A DNA stretch of 38,980 nt, taken from a candidate division WOR-3 bacterium. Its GTDB lineage: Bacteria > Hydrothermota > Hydrothermia > JBDRYB01. The position numbers and the translations under genes are program-made. The first letter of the stretch is position 1, and each line of letters starts with the position of its first letter. The stretch spans positions 1-38,980 of the forward strand of contig JBDRYB010000018.1 of the NCBI GenBank assembly GCA_039803205.1, given 5' to 3'. The notes under the pieces were generated by a model that saw only the letters and a program-made list of their open reading frames with translations, ran no database searches and was not told the origin of the DNA. Positions 8,434-17,747 of the stretch are shown here, piece by piece.

Positions 8434-10219
8434 CTTTCACCTCCGAGAGCTCGTTTTCTGGGAATATAGCGTTATATGTCTTTGGGCATACTTGGGCACA
8501 CAGGGAGCAGGATGTGCAAAGGGTCCTGTCTATCCGAGCCTTTCCCTCAAAAACGAATATGGCGGGGCAACCAAGCCTCAGGCAGAGATGGCATCTTTCT
8601 CCAGCACACCTATCTTCAACGACAACGAACTTCGGGAGGGCCTCCCAGCGTTTTCTCTCCTCAGGAAGAAGGACGCAGGCCCTTCTAGTAACGAGAACGC
8701 TGGGCCCATCGTGCGCCATGGCCCCTTTTATGGCTTCCCGGGTGGCCCTGAGATCGTATGGGTCTATAACCTGGATGTGGTTTACGCCCATGGCCTTGGC
8801 TATTTCCTCAGGGAGGAGAGCGACGGTCTCCTCACCCTTTAGGGTCTTGCCCGAACCAGGATGAACCTGGTGGCCTGTCATCGCGGTTGTCCTGTTGTCA
8901 AGGACGATGAGGGTGTTGACCCCTTTGTTGTAGACCATTTCCATTAGACCAGGAACCCCCATGTGGAAGAATGTTGAATCCCCGATGACCGCGACGGTCC
9001 TCTTTGCCTCATCGCCTCCGCGTGCCTTAGCGAACCCAAAAGCATTGGTCACCGAGGCTCCCATGCATATGCATGTGTAAATGGAACTGAGGGGCGGAAG
9101 CGCTCCAAGGGTATAACAACCTATGTCCCCGAAGACATTCGCCTTGAGCCTGTTGAGCTGGAAGAAGACGGATGTGTGCGGACAACCGGGGCAGAGGTTT
9201 GGCGGGCGGGACGGGGCGCCGGAAACGGGTTTCGTCTCGTAGGTTTCCCCCTTTATTGCCCTGCGTATTATCTCAGGGGAAAGCTCGCCTATCTCGGGTA
9301 TGAGCTCCTTCCCCCTGCAGGGTATTCCAAGGGCTTTCACCTTCATCTCTATGAATGGGTCAAGCTCCTCAACGATGTATATGGTGCCGCCAGCCTTCAG
9401 GATCTCTTCTGCAAAGGTCCTGACAAGCTTCTCTGGGAATGGATAGCTCATGCCGAGCTTGAGATAAGAGGCCTCGGGGAAGACCTCCTTAGCATACATG
9501 TAGCTTATGCCTGATGTGATTATTCCTATTTTCCTGTCCCCGAATTCCAGCCTGTTCAAACCCCCGCTCTCCGAGAATTCCGCGAGGGCTGAGAGCCTCT
9601 TTGCCAGGTCAACCCTCCTTGGCCTCGCGTTCACGGGCATCATCACATACTTATCCCACCTGAGATCCGGCTCTCTCAAGGGAACCTCGGTCCTCCCCTC
9701 CTTGGTATGAACCCTTGCCTTCCCGTGGGACAACCTCGTCTCTGATCTGAGAAGAACGGGAATATCGTATTTCTCTGAGACCTCAAGGCCTAAACCCACA
9801 AAATCATAGCATTCCTGGGGATCCGATGGTTCAAGGAGGGGGATCTTGGCAAAGGCCGCGTAGTTGCGGTTGTCCTGCTCATTCTGGGAGGAGTGCATGG
9901 AAGGATCGTCCGCGGAAACAATAACCATTCCTCCGTTTATGCCCGTGTAAGCCGATGTGAAAAGCGGATCAGCGGCAACATTAAGTCCAACATGCTTCAT
10001 GGCAACGAGGACCCTGGCCCCTGCCAGGGAAGCCCCGAAAGCAGATTCAAAAGCGGCCTTCTCGTTTGGAGACCACTGCGCGTAAACCTCTGGAAAAGGC
10101 GCTATAGCCTCAAGTATCTCTGTTGAAGGGGTTCCGGGGTAAGCCGCGGCAAAATGCCCACCCGCGTCCCGGAATCCCCATGCTATCGCTTCGTTGCCGG
10201 ATAAAAGCATTCTTGGCAT
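8426..10219 (-). CDS. iorA: Indolepyruvate:ferredoxin oxidoreductase alpha subunit
   Basis: YPGTPSTE, MKHVGLNVAAD, CPGCPH, GDIGCY, TPP-binding GDSTF motif and a C-terminal ferredoxin domain (CTSCSLCAQVCP). Confidence 0.95.
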   Translation of the reverse strand: MPRMLLSGNEAIAWGFRDAGGHFAAAYPGTPSTEILEAIAPFPEVYAQWSPNEKAAFESAFGASLAGARVLVAMKHVGLNVAADPLFTSAYTGINGGMVIVSADDPSMHSSQNEQDNRNYAAFAKIPLLEPSDPQECYDFVGLGLEVSEKYDIPVLLRSETRLSHGKARVHTKEGRTEVPLREPDLRWDKYVMMPVNARPRRVDLAKRLSALAEFSESGGLNRLEFGDRKIGIITSGISYMYAKEVFPEASYLKLGMSYPFPEKLVRTFAEEILKAGGTIYIVEELDPFIEMKVKALGIPCRGKELIPEIGELSPEIIRRAIKGETYETKPVSGAPSRPPNLCPGCPHTSVFFQLNRLKANVFGDIGCYTLGALPPLSSIYTCICMGASVTNAFGFAKARGGDEAKRTVAVIGDSTFFHMGVPGLMEMVYNKGVNTLIVLDNRTTAMTGHQVHPGSGKTLKGEETVALLPEEIAKAMGVNHIQVIDPYDLRATREAIKGAMAHDGPSVLVTRRACVLLPEERKRWEALPKFVVVEDRCAGERCHLCLRLGCPAIFVFEGKARIDRTLCTSCSLCAQVCPKTYNAIFPENELSEVKDA

Positions 10220-10228
10220 AGGTTGAAG

Positions 10229-10234
10229 ATTATA
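10229..10234 (-). promoter_or_regulatory. -10 element directly upstream of the iorA start (putative leaderless promoter)
   Basis: TATAAT-CTTCAACCT-ATG with no SD. Confidence 0.6.
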
Positions 10235-10284
10235 AGGCCAGACCGCATGGAGGTGCGTTAATTCCTAGCTCAGAATTCGGCCTG

Positions 10285-10322
10285 GAAACAAAGAGGGGCC
10301 TCCGGGAGGCCCCTAATTTTTT
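10285..10322 (-). terminator. Rho-independent terminator of the lipoprotein gene
   Basis: Stem AGGGGCCTC/GAGGCCCCT (10294-10314) followed by CTTTGTTT on the minus strand; a T-run also follows on the plus strand. Confidence 0.75.
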
Positions 10323-10336
10323 CCTATGTTATCAGG

Positions 10337-11146
10337 CTATTTCAGCCACCTGAGAGCAAATACTCCGGTCTGCCACCTGCAACGAACCGTCACTGTGTAG
10401 CCAGAAACGCTCAGGACTTCCATCTTGCCGAAGAGGTCAAGGCTAGTCCATCCAGGAGCGCCTATTCCGCACTCGTCAACCCAGAAATAGAAGAGGTCTC
10501 CGGCCGCGAGGGCAACCCCAGCGCTGTCAAAGTTCACCGTTGACCAGCCTGAATCGCTAGGGGCTGGAGCCTTCGTCATTTCGTCAAGCGATGACGCGGT
10601 TGTTTCCCTGTAGAGCCGGACGCCGGCATCGTTCTCGTAGAGGATGTAGGAGGAATGGAAGGTTATGGTGTCCTGCGGCCCCTTGAGGAACCCATATGAC
10701 TGATACCTGTGCGCGCTGTCAACAAGGATTATGTCGCCTGTATTTAGATCAACCCTGAAGTAGCCATAGTGGGTGGTGTCCGGGTCATTCCTGGAGTATA
10801 GCACGGTTGTATCAAGCGCAGTAAGAGAAAGGTCAACGGTTCCAGGGTCCCCCAGCTCTCCGTCCAAAATGGTGGAGACACCAACCTGAGTGCAAACTGT
10901 CCCAAACACATAGCTGAGAATGGTGTCGCCCTCCAGGGTGTCTATGGGTTGGAGGGTCCCTGAGCTGTTATCATAGAGAACATAGCCGTCGGTGCCGTCA
11001 ACCTTGAGCCATTCTATCTTCAGGCTGTCTCCCTGGGCTACCGCGTATCTCCTCCATATGGTCACCGAGCCTTCGCTTATTGGCGCCTTGTTGCACGCGG
11101 ATACAGCGAGTCCCAGAAGGACAACGAGGTATAGCAATTTCTTCAT
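10337..11146 (-). CDS. Hypothetical lipoprotein
   Basis: Lipobox signal MKKLLYLVVLLGLAVSA-C, GGAGG SD and downstream terminator. Confidence 0.85.
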   Translation of the reverse strand: MKKLLYLVVLLGLAVSACNKAPISEGSVTIWRRYAVAQGDSLKIEWLKVDGTDGYVLYDNSSGTLQPIDTLEGDTILSYVFGTVCTQVGVSTILDGELGDPGTVDLSLTALDTTVLYSRNDPDTTHYGYFRVDLNTGDIILVDSAHRYQSYGFLKGPQDTITFHSSYILYENDAGVRLYRETTASSLDEMTKAPAPSDSGWSTVNFDSAGVALAAGDLFYFWVDECGIGAPGWTSLDLFGKMEVLSVSGYTVTVRCRWQTGVFALRWLK

Positions 11147-11218
11147 GTTAAACCTCCATCAAAAAACATGTCTTTCAGACCCAAAAAACCGGAAATTGTT
11201 CCGTAGGAAATTTTAAAC

Positions 11219-11237
11219 CGCAATATTGCGCTATTGC
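11219..11237. promoter_or_regulatory. Palindromic candidate operator in a divergent promoter region
   Basis: Perfect 12-bp palindrome CGCAATATTGCG (11219-11230) overlapping GCAATA-N6-TATTGC. Confidence 0.35.
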
Positions 11238-11302
11238 AACCTGTTCCCTCGCCCGAACGCGCGGACTGGAAAACGGAAACCCAAAGATAATATAATTTCC
11301 AT

Positions 11303-12871
11303 ATGCATGCGATTCTCTCGCCGGAAGAGATGCGGGCCATGGATGATTTTACCATAAAAAATCTAGGGGTTCCTGATGCCGTGCTCATGGAGTCCGCTGG
11401 CCGGGGATGTTTTTCTGCTCTTACCGAGGCTTTTGGAGACCTTTACGGGGCCTCAGTGGTTGTCGTAGCAGGTAAGGGAAACAACGGCGGCGATGGTTTT
11501 GTGATAGCGAGATACGCGCATTTTGCTGGCGCGAGGGTAAGGGTATTTCTTCTGGGAAAGAGGTCAGAGCTTAAGGGTAGCCCGAAGATATACGCGGGTG
11601 TCCTTGAGAAGCTCGGCATAGAAATAGAGGAAATAAGCGCCCGGAGCAAGGCTATGGCCGCGGCCCTGGCTGGCGCGGATGTAGTGGTTGACGCCATATT
11701 CGGCACCGGGTTTTCTGGGAGGGCTGAGGGGCTTTACGCTTGGGCAATAGAAGCGATAAACGAGACAGGAGGGTTTGTTCTCTCTGTGGATATCCCTTCT
11801 GGGGTTGATGGCGCGACCGGAATGGTTTTGGGGCCAGCGGTGGTTGCGGACATTACCGCGACCATGGCTTATCCGAAGCTTGGGCACATCCTCTATCCAG
11901 GAAGGCTTTTTGCCGGAGAGATATTCGTGGTTGATATTGGCATACCGCCTGAGCTTGAGCCCTCTGCCAAAAGGTGGGTCCCCGAGCACGATGATGTCTC
12001 CGAGATCATTCCCGTGAGGCTAGGGCCAGAAAACAAGTCATCCTTTGGGCGCCTCGGGATAGTTGCTGGTTCCTGGCAATACTCAGGCGCGGCGATCCTG
12101 GCTGGCCTGGGGGCCCTGAGAGCCGGTGTTGGAATAGCCTATCTCTGCGTTCCCGAGAGCCTCAAGCCGCACCTGATCGGGAGGGTCGCGGAGGCCATCC
12201 TGGTCGGAATGCCTGAGAAGGAAGGCCACCTCGCTCCAGGAGGAACGAGGATCCTGAAAGAGCTTAGGCCAGATGTCCTGGTTTTGGGCCCAGGCCTTGG
12301 GAGGACAGCCGAGACAAAGAATGCTATACGGGAGATCATCGCGGAGATTGATGTCCCTGCGATCGTTGATGCCGACGGTCTTTGGGCGATAGCCGAGGTT
12401 CTTGACTCAATAATGAAGAAGAGGAGATCTCCCCTGGTTTTGACCCCGCACCCCGGAGAGATGGCCTTGTTCACCGGAGGCAATCCATCGGAGATAGATC
12501 AGAACAGGCTTTCGGTTGCAGAGGATTTCGTAAAGGAAAGAAAGAACCTGGTTCTGGTGCTCAAGGGGGCTCCTACCATCATTGCCACCCATGACATAAC
12601 ATACCTGAACCCCACCGGCAACCCCGGCATGGCCACAGGCGGTTCTGGGGATGTGCTCTCGGGAATGATAGGTTCGCTTCTCGCGCAGGGAGCGAGCGCT
12701 GAGGATGCGGCAATTGCGGGCGTCTACCTTCATGGGCTAGCGGGTGATCTCGCTTCATCTTCTCTGAGTGAGGCCTCGGCTCTGCCGTCGGATGTCGTGG
12801 ATTACATCCCGTATGCTATGAAGGAGGTCCTGGGAAGGTATGAGCATTCTGATCGCAATTCTGGGGATTGA
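11303..12871 (+). CDS. nnr: Bifunctional NAD(P)H-hydrate epimerase/dehydratase
   Basis: YjeF_N motifs (LMESAG, GKGNNGGDG, DAIFGTG, VDIPSG) plus kinase-like domain (GPGLG, DADGL, TPHPGE, ATGGSGDVLSG). Confidence 0.95.
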   Translation: MHAILSPEEMRAMDDFTIKNLGVPDAVLMESAGRGCFSALTEAFGDLYGASVVVVAGKGNNGGDGFVIARYAHFAGARVRVFLLGKRSELKGSPKIYAGVLEKLGIEIEEISARSKAMAAALAGADVVVDAIFGTGFSGRAEGLYAWAIEAINETGGFVLSVDIPSGVDGATGMVLGPAVVADITATMAYPKLGHILYPGRLFAGEIFVVDIGIPPELEPSAKRWVPEHDDVSEIIPVRLGPENKSSFGRLGIVAGSWQYSGAAILAGLGALRAGVGIAYLCVPESLKPHLIGRVAEAILVGMPEKEGHLAPGGTRILKELRPDVLVLGPGLGRTAETKNAIREIIAEIDVPAIVDADGLWAIAEVLDSIMKKRRSPLVLTPHPGEMALFTGGNPSEIDQNRLSVAEDFVKERKNLVLVLKGAPTIIATHDITYLNPTGNPGMATGGSGDVLSGMIGSLLAQGASAEDAAIAGVYLHGLAGDLASSSLSEASALPSDVVDYIPYAMKEVLGRYEHSDRNSGD

Positions 12872-14252
12872 GGTCCTCCCCATGCCTGATCTCGCTAGGG
12901 TGAACTCCATATGCAGGTGGGGCAATAAGCTTTATGTGGCTGGCGAGGGTGGGGTTGGGATCGTGTTTCTCTCGTATCCTCCAAGACTGGAGCACGCGAT
13001 TGCCACCGAGAAGCCGGCCCTGCTTGCCGCGCCCGATCCGACAAACGGCGATGTCTACTTTATCTCTGGAGGATGGCTCTGGCGATGGTATCCCGGCACT
13101 CCGCAGCCTTTCATGCTGAGTCAGGCGGAGGCGAGGTCTCTCGGGGTGGGGATGAGGTTCCTTTACCTTGACGGAGAGGCCTACTCAAAAGGGGGTTTCC
13201 CGACCAGCGGTGACCCTTCCGTGGATGGCGTTGTCTGGGTTGGAGAACGGGTGAACGCTAGGAGAGGTGACAGCACGACCCTTTTTCTCACACCATATTA
13301 TCTGCCGACCTTTGAAATGGGGAATGTTGAGATGAGGGTTTTCTACCCGGATATGCGCGACCTCTGGGTGGGAACATGGGGGCGTGGAATATACAGATAC
13401 AGGGCCGAGACCTGGATGCTCGCTGAATCCGTGTGTGTATCCCCTCCAATGAGGAGGATCTATGCCATTGCCGGCGATACATCCGGGGTCTGGGCAATAG
13501 GGGATAGCGGAGCCTCACGCTTCTCCCGGGGGTTTTGGCTAACATACACGGCGAAGGGTAGGCTCTTCTGGTGCGGAGGAGGGGAGGCTCTCGCTGTTAA
13601 GGATACCTTGGTCTTCCTCGGAATGACCTGCGGACTCATGCGAAAAAAGGGGGAAAGCTTCATCCTAACGAGGACAGGAAGGCCAGTCCGGTCAGTAGCC
13701 CTTGATGGCGAGAGGCTTTGGGTGGGAACGGAAGGAGGATTGTTTCTCGGAACCCTGAGCGCAAACGAACTCAGCGAGATAAGCGGTTCCTCTGCGCTCC
13801 GTATAAACGAGATACTCGTTGGTTCTTGGGGAACCCTTGCGCTAACAGACGCAGGGGTATATCTTGTCTCAGAGAGCCTAACGGTCTCCCGGTTGGAGGA
13901 CCCTCGCTCGTTCCTTTCCGGGGAGGCATACGCCGGCTTCGTCCTTGGCGACACAGCTTTTATTGTAGGCAACGGGGGTCTCGCCCTTTGGAATGGCGGA
14001 GACTGGAATTACATGAGCCTGCCTTTCTCGCCCATATCCCAGAGGGTGCGCGGCGCAGGGGCTAGCTCCGATTACATCGCTATAGCCACGGAAAACGGCG
14101 CTTATTTCCTGGACAGAAAGAGAGATCGCTGGGACAGGATAACTACATTCCACGGACTCCCATCGGATTTCTGCTGGGATGTGCTCCTTATGGGAGATTC
14201 GGCTTATGTCGCTACGGAACGAGGACTGGCAAAGGTCTATTTGAAGAGGTGA
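12840..14252 (+). CDS. Hypothetical exported double beta-propeller protein (two-component regulator propeller-like)
   Basis: Repeated LWVGT/YVAT-xxG blades and a GLPSD motif; overlaps the nnr 3' end. Confidence 0.75.
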   Translation: MSILIAILGIEVLPMPDLARVNSICRWGNKLYVAGEGGVGIVFLSYPPRLEHAIATEKPALLAAPDPTNGDVYFISGGWLWRWYPGTPQPFMLSQAEARSLGVGMRFLYLDGEAYSKGGFPTSGDPSVDGVVWVGERVNARRGDSTTLFLTPYYLPTFEMGNVEMRVFYPDMRDLWVGTWGRGIYRYRAETWMLAESVCVSPPMRRIYAIAGDTSGVWAIGDSGASRFSRGFWLTYTAKGRLFWCGGGEALAVKDTLVFLGMTCGLMRKKGESFILTRTGRPVRSVALDGERLWVGTEGGLFLGTLSANELSEISGSSALRINEILVGSWGTLALTDAGVYLVSESLTVSRLEDPRSFLSGEAYAGFVLGDTAFIVGNGGLALWNGGDWNYMSLPFSPISQRVRGAGASSDYIAIATENGAYFLDRKRDRWDRITTFHGLPSDFCWDVLLMGDSAYVATERGLAKVYLKR

Positions 14253-14259
14253 AGGAGAG

Positions 14260-15534
14260 ATGCTCGTTGGCCGAGATTACGGCACATTTAAGGATTGCCT
14301 CACCGCACCCGTGCACAGGTGGTTCAAATACCCAGCCGGCTACTCATACAGGCTGATTCGTGAGAGGATAAAGGAATATGGACTTGGAGAGGATGACCTC
14401 GTTCTTGACCCGTTCGTTGGCTCCGGCACGACCCTCATAGAGGCCATGAAGGCTGGAGTGCCTTCTGTTGGGGTTGAAATGCACCCATTTGTCGCTTGGG
14501 TAGCGAGGGTTAAGACCCGGTGGGATCTTGATACAGCAAAGCTGAGAGCCGCAGAAAGCGATATGGCACGGATCATAGAATCATACAGGCCGGGATACAA
14601 TCCCAACGGCCTACCTCCGCTGGTGAGGAAATGCTACTCGGCCGAGAACCTCGGAAAGCTGGTCTTTCTGAGAGAAGCGATTGAGGCCGTGGATTGGGCT
14701 GATGATACGAAGGAGTTTTTTCGGCTCGCGCTCGTGGACACCCTGAGAACCACATCGGTAGCCGGGACAGGTTGGCCCTACATCGCGCCAACGAGGTATC
14801 ACGCGAAAACTACTGAACGCGACGCATTCGCGGAGTTCAAAAAGACCCTTTCCGGCATGATAGAAGACTTGGAGAAGGTAAAGTCAGACCATCCGGATCA
14901 CGCTCGAGCGCGTGTAATAGAGGGCGACGCGAGGCACATGCCGGAAATAGAATCCTCAAGCGTCTCGCTTGCTATAACTTCTCCCCCATACCTTAACAAC
15001 TACGATTACGCTGACAGGACCAGGCTTGAGATGTATTTCATGGGATGGGCCGGCTCTTGGAGAGATATAACCAAAAGGGTTCGGGACAGGCTCATGATCG
15101 CCGCGACAACGCAGATAAGACGAAGTGAATTTGACCCCCATCATCCACTCTCGGACGAGGTGAGGTGTGCATCACTTGAGGTTCACGAGTATCTCTCGGG
15201 GGCCATAGTCAGGCTCGGAAAGCTGAGAAGGGAAAAACCCGGGAAGAAGAGCTACGATCTCATGGTCGCGGGATACTTCAACGACATGGTTAGGGTTCTC
15301 AAGGAGGTTAAAAGGTGCCTGAAGCCCGGTGCTGATTTTATCTTGGTTGTTGGGGATTCCGCGCCATACGGGGTTCACATCCCAACTGACGAGCTCATCG
15401 GGAAGCTCGCGCTCGGGGTTGGTTTCAGGGATTACGGGATAGAGATCCTGAGAAAGAGGGGAGAGAAGTGGAGAGAAAACCCGCAGAGGCACAAAGTTGG
15501 CCTCAGGGAGAGCTTAATACTCCTAGGAACATGA
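14260..15534 (+). CDS. Site-specific DNA amino-methyltransferase (probably N4-cytosine, alpha-type motif order)
   Basis: Motif I VLDPFVGSGTT precedes catalytic motif IV TSPPY; AAGGAG SD. Confidence 0.88.
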   Translation: MLVGRDYGTFKDCLTAPVHRWFKYPAGYSYRLIRERIKEYGLGEDDLVLDPFVGSGTTLIEAMKAGVPSVGVEMHPFVAWVARVKTRWDLDTAKLRAAESDMARIIESYRPGYNPNGLPPLVRKCYSAENLGKLVFLREAIEAVDWADDTKEFFRLALVDTLRTTSVAGTGWPYIAPTRYHAKTTERDAFAEFKKTLSGMIEDLEKVKSDHPDHARARVIEGDARHMPEIESSSVSLAITSPPYLNNYDYADRTRLEMYFMGWAGSWRDITKRVRDRLMIAATTQIRRSEFDPHHPLSDEVRCASLEVHEYLSGAIVRLGKLRREKPGKKSYDLMVAGYFNDMVRVLKEVKRCLKPGADFILVVGDSAPYGVHIPTDELIGKLALGVGFRDYGIEILRKRGEKWRENPQRHKVGLRESLILLGT

Positions 15535-15968
15535 GAGCTGTTATCCAAAGAGTTTCTCTCGCGCGCGTTCTCGTTGGGCGCGAGACCGTTGCTGAGATAA
15601 GCGAGGGCCTCCTCGCGCTTGTCGCTTTTGAGAAAGGGGATGACGAGGGAGTAGTCGCCCGGACGGCCGAGAAGTTGGTTCGCCTCAGGGTCTTTGAGGA
15701 CTCCGCGGGCAAGATGAACCTCTCCGCGCTTGATTCGGGGAAGGAGATCCTCCTGGTTCCCAACTTCACGGTTGCTGGTTCTACGCGAAAGGGGCACAGG
15801 CCCTCATTTGACAACGCCATGGAGCCGGAAAGGGCAACAGAGCTCTTTGAGCTTCTCGCCGAGGCAGTCAGGGGCATGGGCGTGAGAACTGCAAAGGGCC
15901 TCTTCGGCGCTCACATGCATGTTGAGCTCGTGAACGATGGGCCGGTTACGGTATTGCTGGAGCTTTAA
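15531..15968 (+). CDS. dtd: D-aminoacyl-tRNA deacylase
   Basis: MRAVIQRV, LRVFED..GKMNLS, PNFT, FGAHM and NDGPVT motifs; ATGA overlap with the methyltransferase. Confidence 0.95.
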   Translation: MRAVIQRVSLARVLVGRETVAEISEGLLALVAFEKGDDEGVVARTAEKLVRLRVFEDSAGKMNLSALDSGKEILLVPNFTVAGSTRKGHRPSFDNAMEPERATELFELLAEAVRGMGVRTAKGLFGAHMHVELVNDGPVTVLLEL

Positions 15969-16492
15969 CTACTCGTAAGGCCCTCCCCTCTCTACCCTTC
16001 TGAGCCTGTGGGAGACTATGCTACCGTCTCTGGTGCTCACATATATCTCATAATCCCCTATCAACCCTACCTCTCTGTCATAGTAAGGACCGGTAGCCTT
16101 CCAGCACAAAATTCCGTTCTTATCAACTGGGCCGGTCATCTCCTCGCCAAGGTCGCGGCCTGCCTCGTATCCTTTAGAAGCGAGAAATTCTTCTACCCTT
16201 TTCCAAGCCTCATCTTTCGTTATGTTATATCTGATACTCTTCACCGCCAGGTCTTTCTCCATCGTTATTCTCCAGGCCTCGCCTTGTTTTCTCAGGCCAA
16301 TCTCCGAGACAACGTGAGCCTCTTTTCCGCACCAGTATGAGTATTTCTCGTAGTTAACCGTGGCCTCTTCGCCCTTTATTTCCCATTAGCTTGATTTTGG
16401 GCCTTATCAGGAGATTCCTCTTTTTTCTTCAGGAAACCACACCCAGCGCTCAGCGCCAAGATCAGAAACAGAAAAGGATTAAACCCTCTCAT
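15969..16492 (-). pseudogene. Frameshifted lipoprotein (NTF2/DUF4878-like segment plus C-terminal domain)
   Basis: MRGFNPFLFLILALSAG-C lipobox ORF stops at 16376. A different frame opens there (EIKGEEATVNY...IGLRKQGEAWRIT) and continues into the 97-aa ORF 15969-16262. Confidence 0.6.
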
Positions 16493-16588
16493 AGCATAAA
16501 AATTATAACCCAAAGGACCAACCACATTCAAAAATTGAAATTGCGAAAGAGGTTTTCTGTGGCTGGAATCGCCCTCATAATACGCCTT

Positions 16589-17158
16589 ATGATTTGTATC
16601 GTGTATAGGATCTTCTTCACTGCGGATACGCACTTTCTCCACGAGAACATAATCTACTACTGCAACAGACCGTTCAGCAGTGAGACGGAGATGAATGAAA
16701 CCCTAATATCAAATTGGAACAGGGAGATTCGTCCACAGGACCTGGTTTATCATCTCGGCGATTTTGCCTTGCCGAACCGGAATTTAACGCCCGAAATGCA
16801 GAAGGAGCTTATAGGCAAAATTCTCTCCAGGCTAAACGGAAGGGTGGTTCTCGTTCGGGGGAGCCACGATAGGTTTCCAGAGCTCTTTGAGGAGTGGCAT
16901 GACATCATGATCATTAATTTAGGGGGGCACAGGGTTGTTCTCTCTCATTATCCCATGCTGGAGTGGCCGAATTATTACAGGGGCTCTTTTCACCTCCACG
17001 GTCATGTCCACGGTAGGCTTGAGGCCCTCAAGGAGCTGCTTTGGGACGAGATGCCCGGCATGAAGAGGTCAGTTGATGTGGGGGTTGATGTTCACGGATA
17101 CAGGCCCATATCTTGGGAGGAGGTAATTACGATAATCAGAGCCAGACAGAGTTTATAG
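16589..17158 (+). CDS. Calcineurin-like metallophosphoesterase
   Basis: ADTH, HLGDF, GSHD, LSHYP, HGHVHG and DVGVD motifs. Start placed at ATG 16589 (GTG 16601 is an alternative). Confidence 0.88.
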   Translation: MICIVYRIFFTADTHFLHENIIYYCNRPFSSETEMNETLISNWNREIRPQDLVYHLGDFALPNRNLTPEMQKELIGKILSRLNGRVVLVRGSHDRFPELFEEWHDIMIINLGGHRVVLSHYPMLEWPNYYRGSFHLHGHVHGRLEALKELLWDEMPGMKRSVDVGVDVHGYRPISWEEVITIIRARQSL

Positions 17159-17683
17159 TCATTGTTGGCCCCTTGCCTTTCTTATCTCCCTGAAGAAGTT
17201 TCCCGCGGCTCCCTCGGTCGCGTAGGTCTTGTCCATGCCGGCGCCCCTTGCCCTGCAGGTGTATAGTATCTCGCCTGTTTCAACGGAGACGATCCTGCCG
17301 GAGATAGTTATATTCCAGCTCTCATACTCAGCGTCGTATTTCTCAGATGCCTGGCTTATGAGGACAACATCCGCTCCCATGAGTTTTCCCAGCTGGACCG
17401 CGGTTGATGGGTCAACAACGCCTGAGTATCCGAACTCCTGCTCTGCGAGTATTTCCTCAACCCTTGATCGTTCAACAACGGAAAACCCAGCCCTCATACC
17501 CTCGCGGTTAAGGGCATCCATGAGCTCAGAGGCCCTTGAGTATTCAGGAGGCAAAACAGCCAAGCGATATGCCCTTCTCAGGTCAAAGCTAGGGGATAGC
17601 GTCGCGTCCGCCTGATACTTCGCGACAGCCGCACAGCCAACCGAAACCGCCAAAGCGCCGAAAAACAAAATCACCCTTCTCAT
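17159..17683 (-). CDS. CsgG/HfaB-family lipoprotein
   Basis: Lipobox VSVG-C and the pattern FSVVERSRVEEILAEQ...AVQLGKLMGAD...RIVSVETGEIL. Confidence 0.8.
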   Translation of the reverse strand: MRRVILFFGALAVSVGCAAVAKYQADATLSPSFDLRRAYRLAVLPPEYSRASELMDALNREGMRAGFSVVERSRVEEILAEQEFGYSGVVDPSTAVQLGKLMGADVVLISQASEKYDAEYESWNITISGRIVSVETGEILYTCRARGAGMDKTYATEGAAGNFFREIRKARGQQ

Positions 17684-17747
17684 ACTGACTAATTATAAAC
17701 CTTGTTGATGAGTCGGTTAAAGTTGACAGCGAACCAGCCCAGGTGTT

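Noticed and set aside
12840..14252. Gene upstream of the methyltransferase as its restriction endonuclease
   Set aside because: It has propeller repeats and a hydrophobic N-terminus; no PD-(D/E)xK or HNH motif was recognised.
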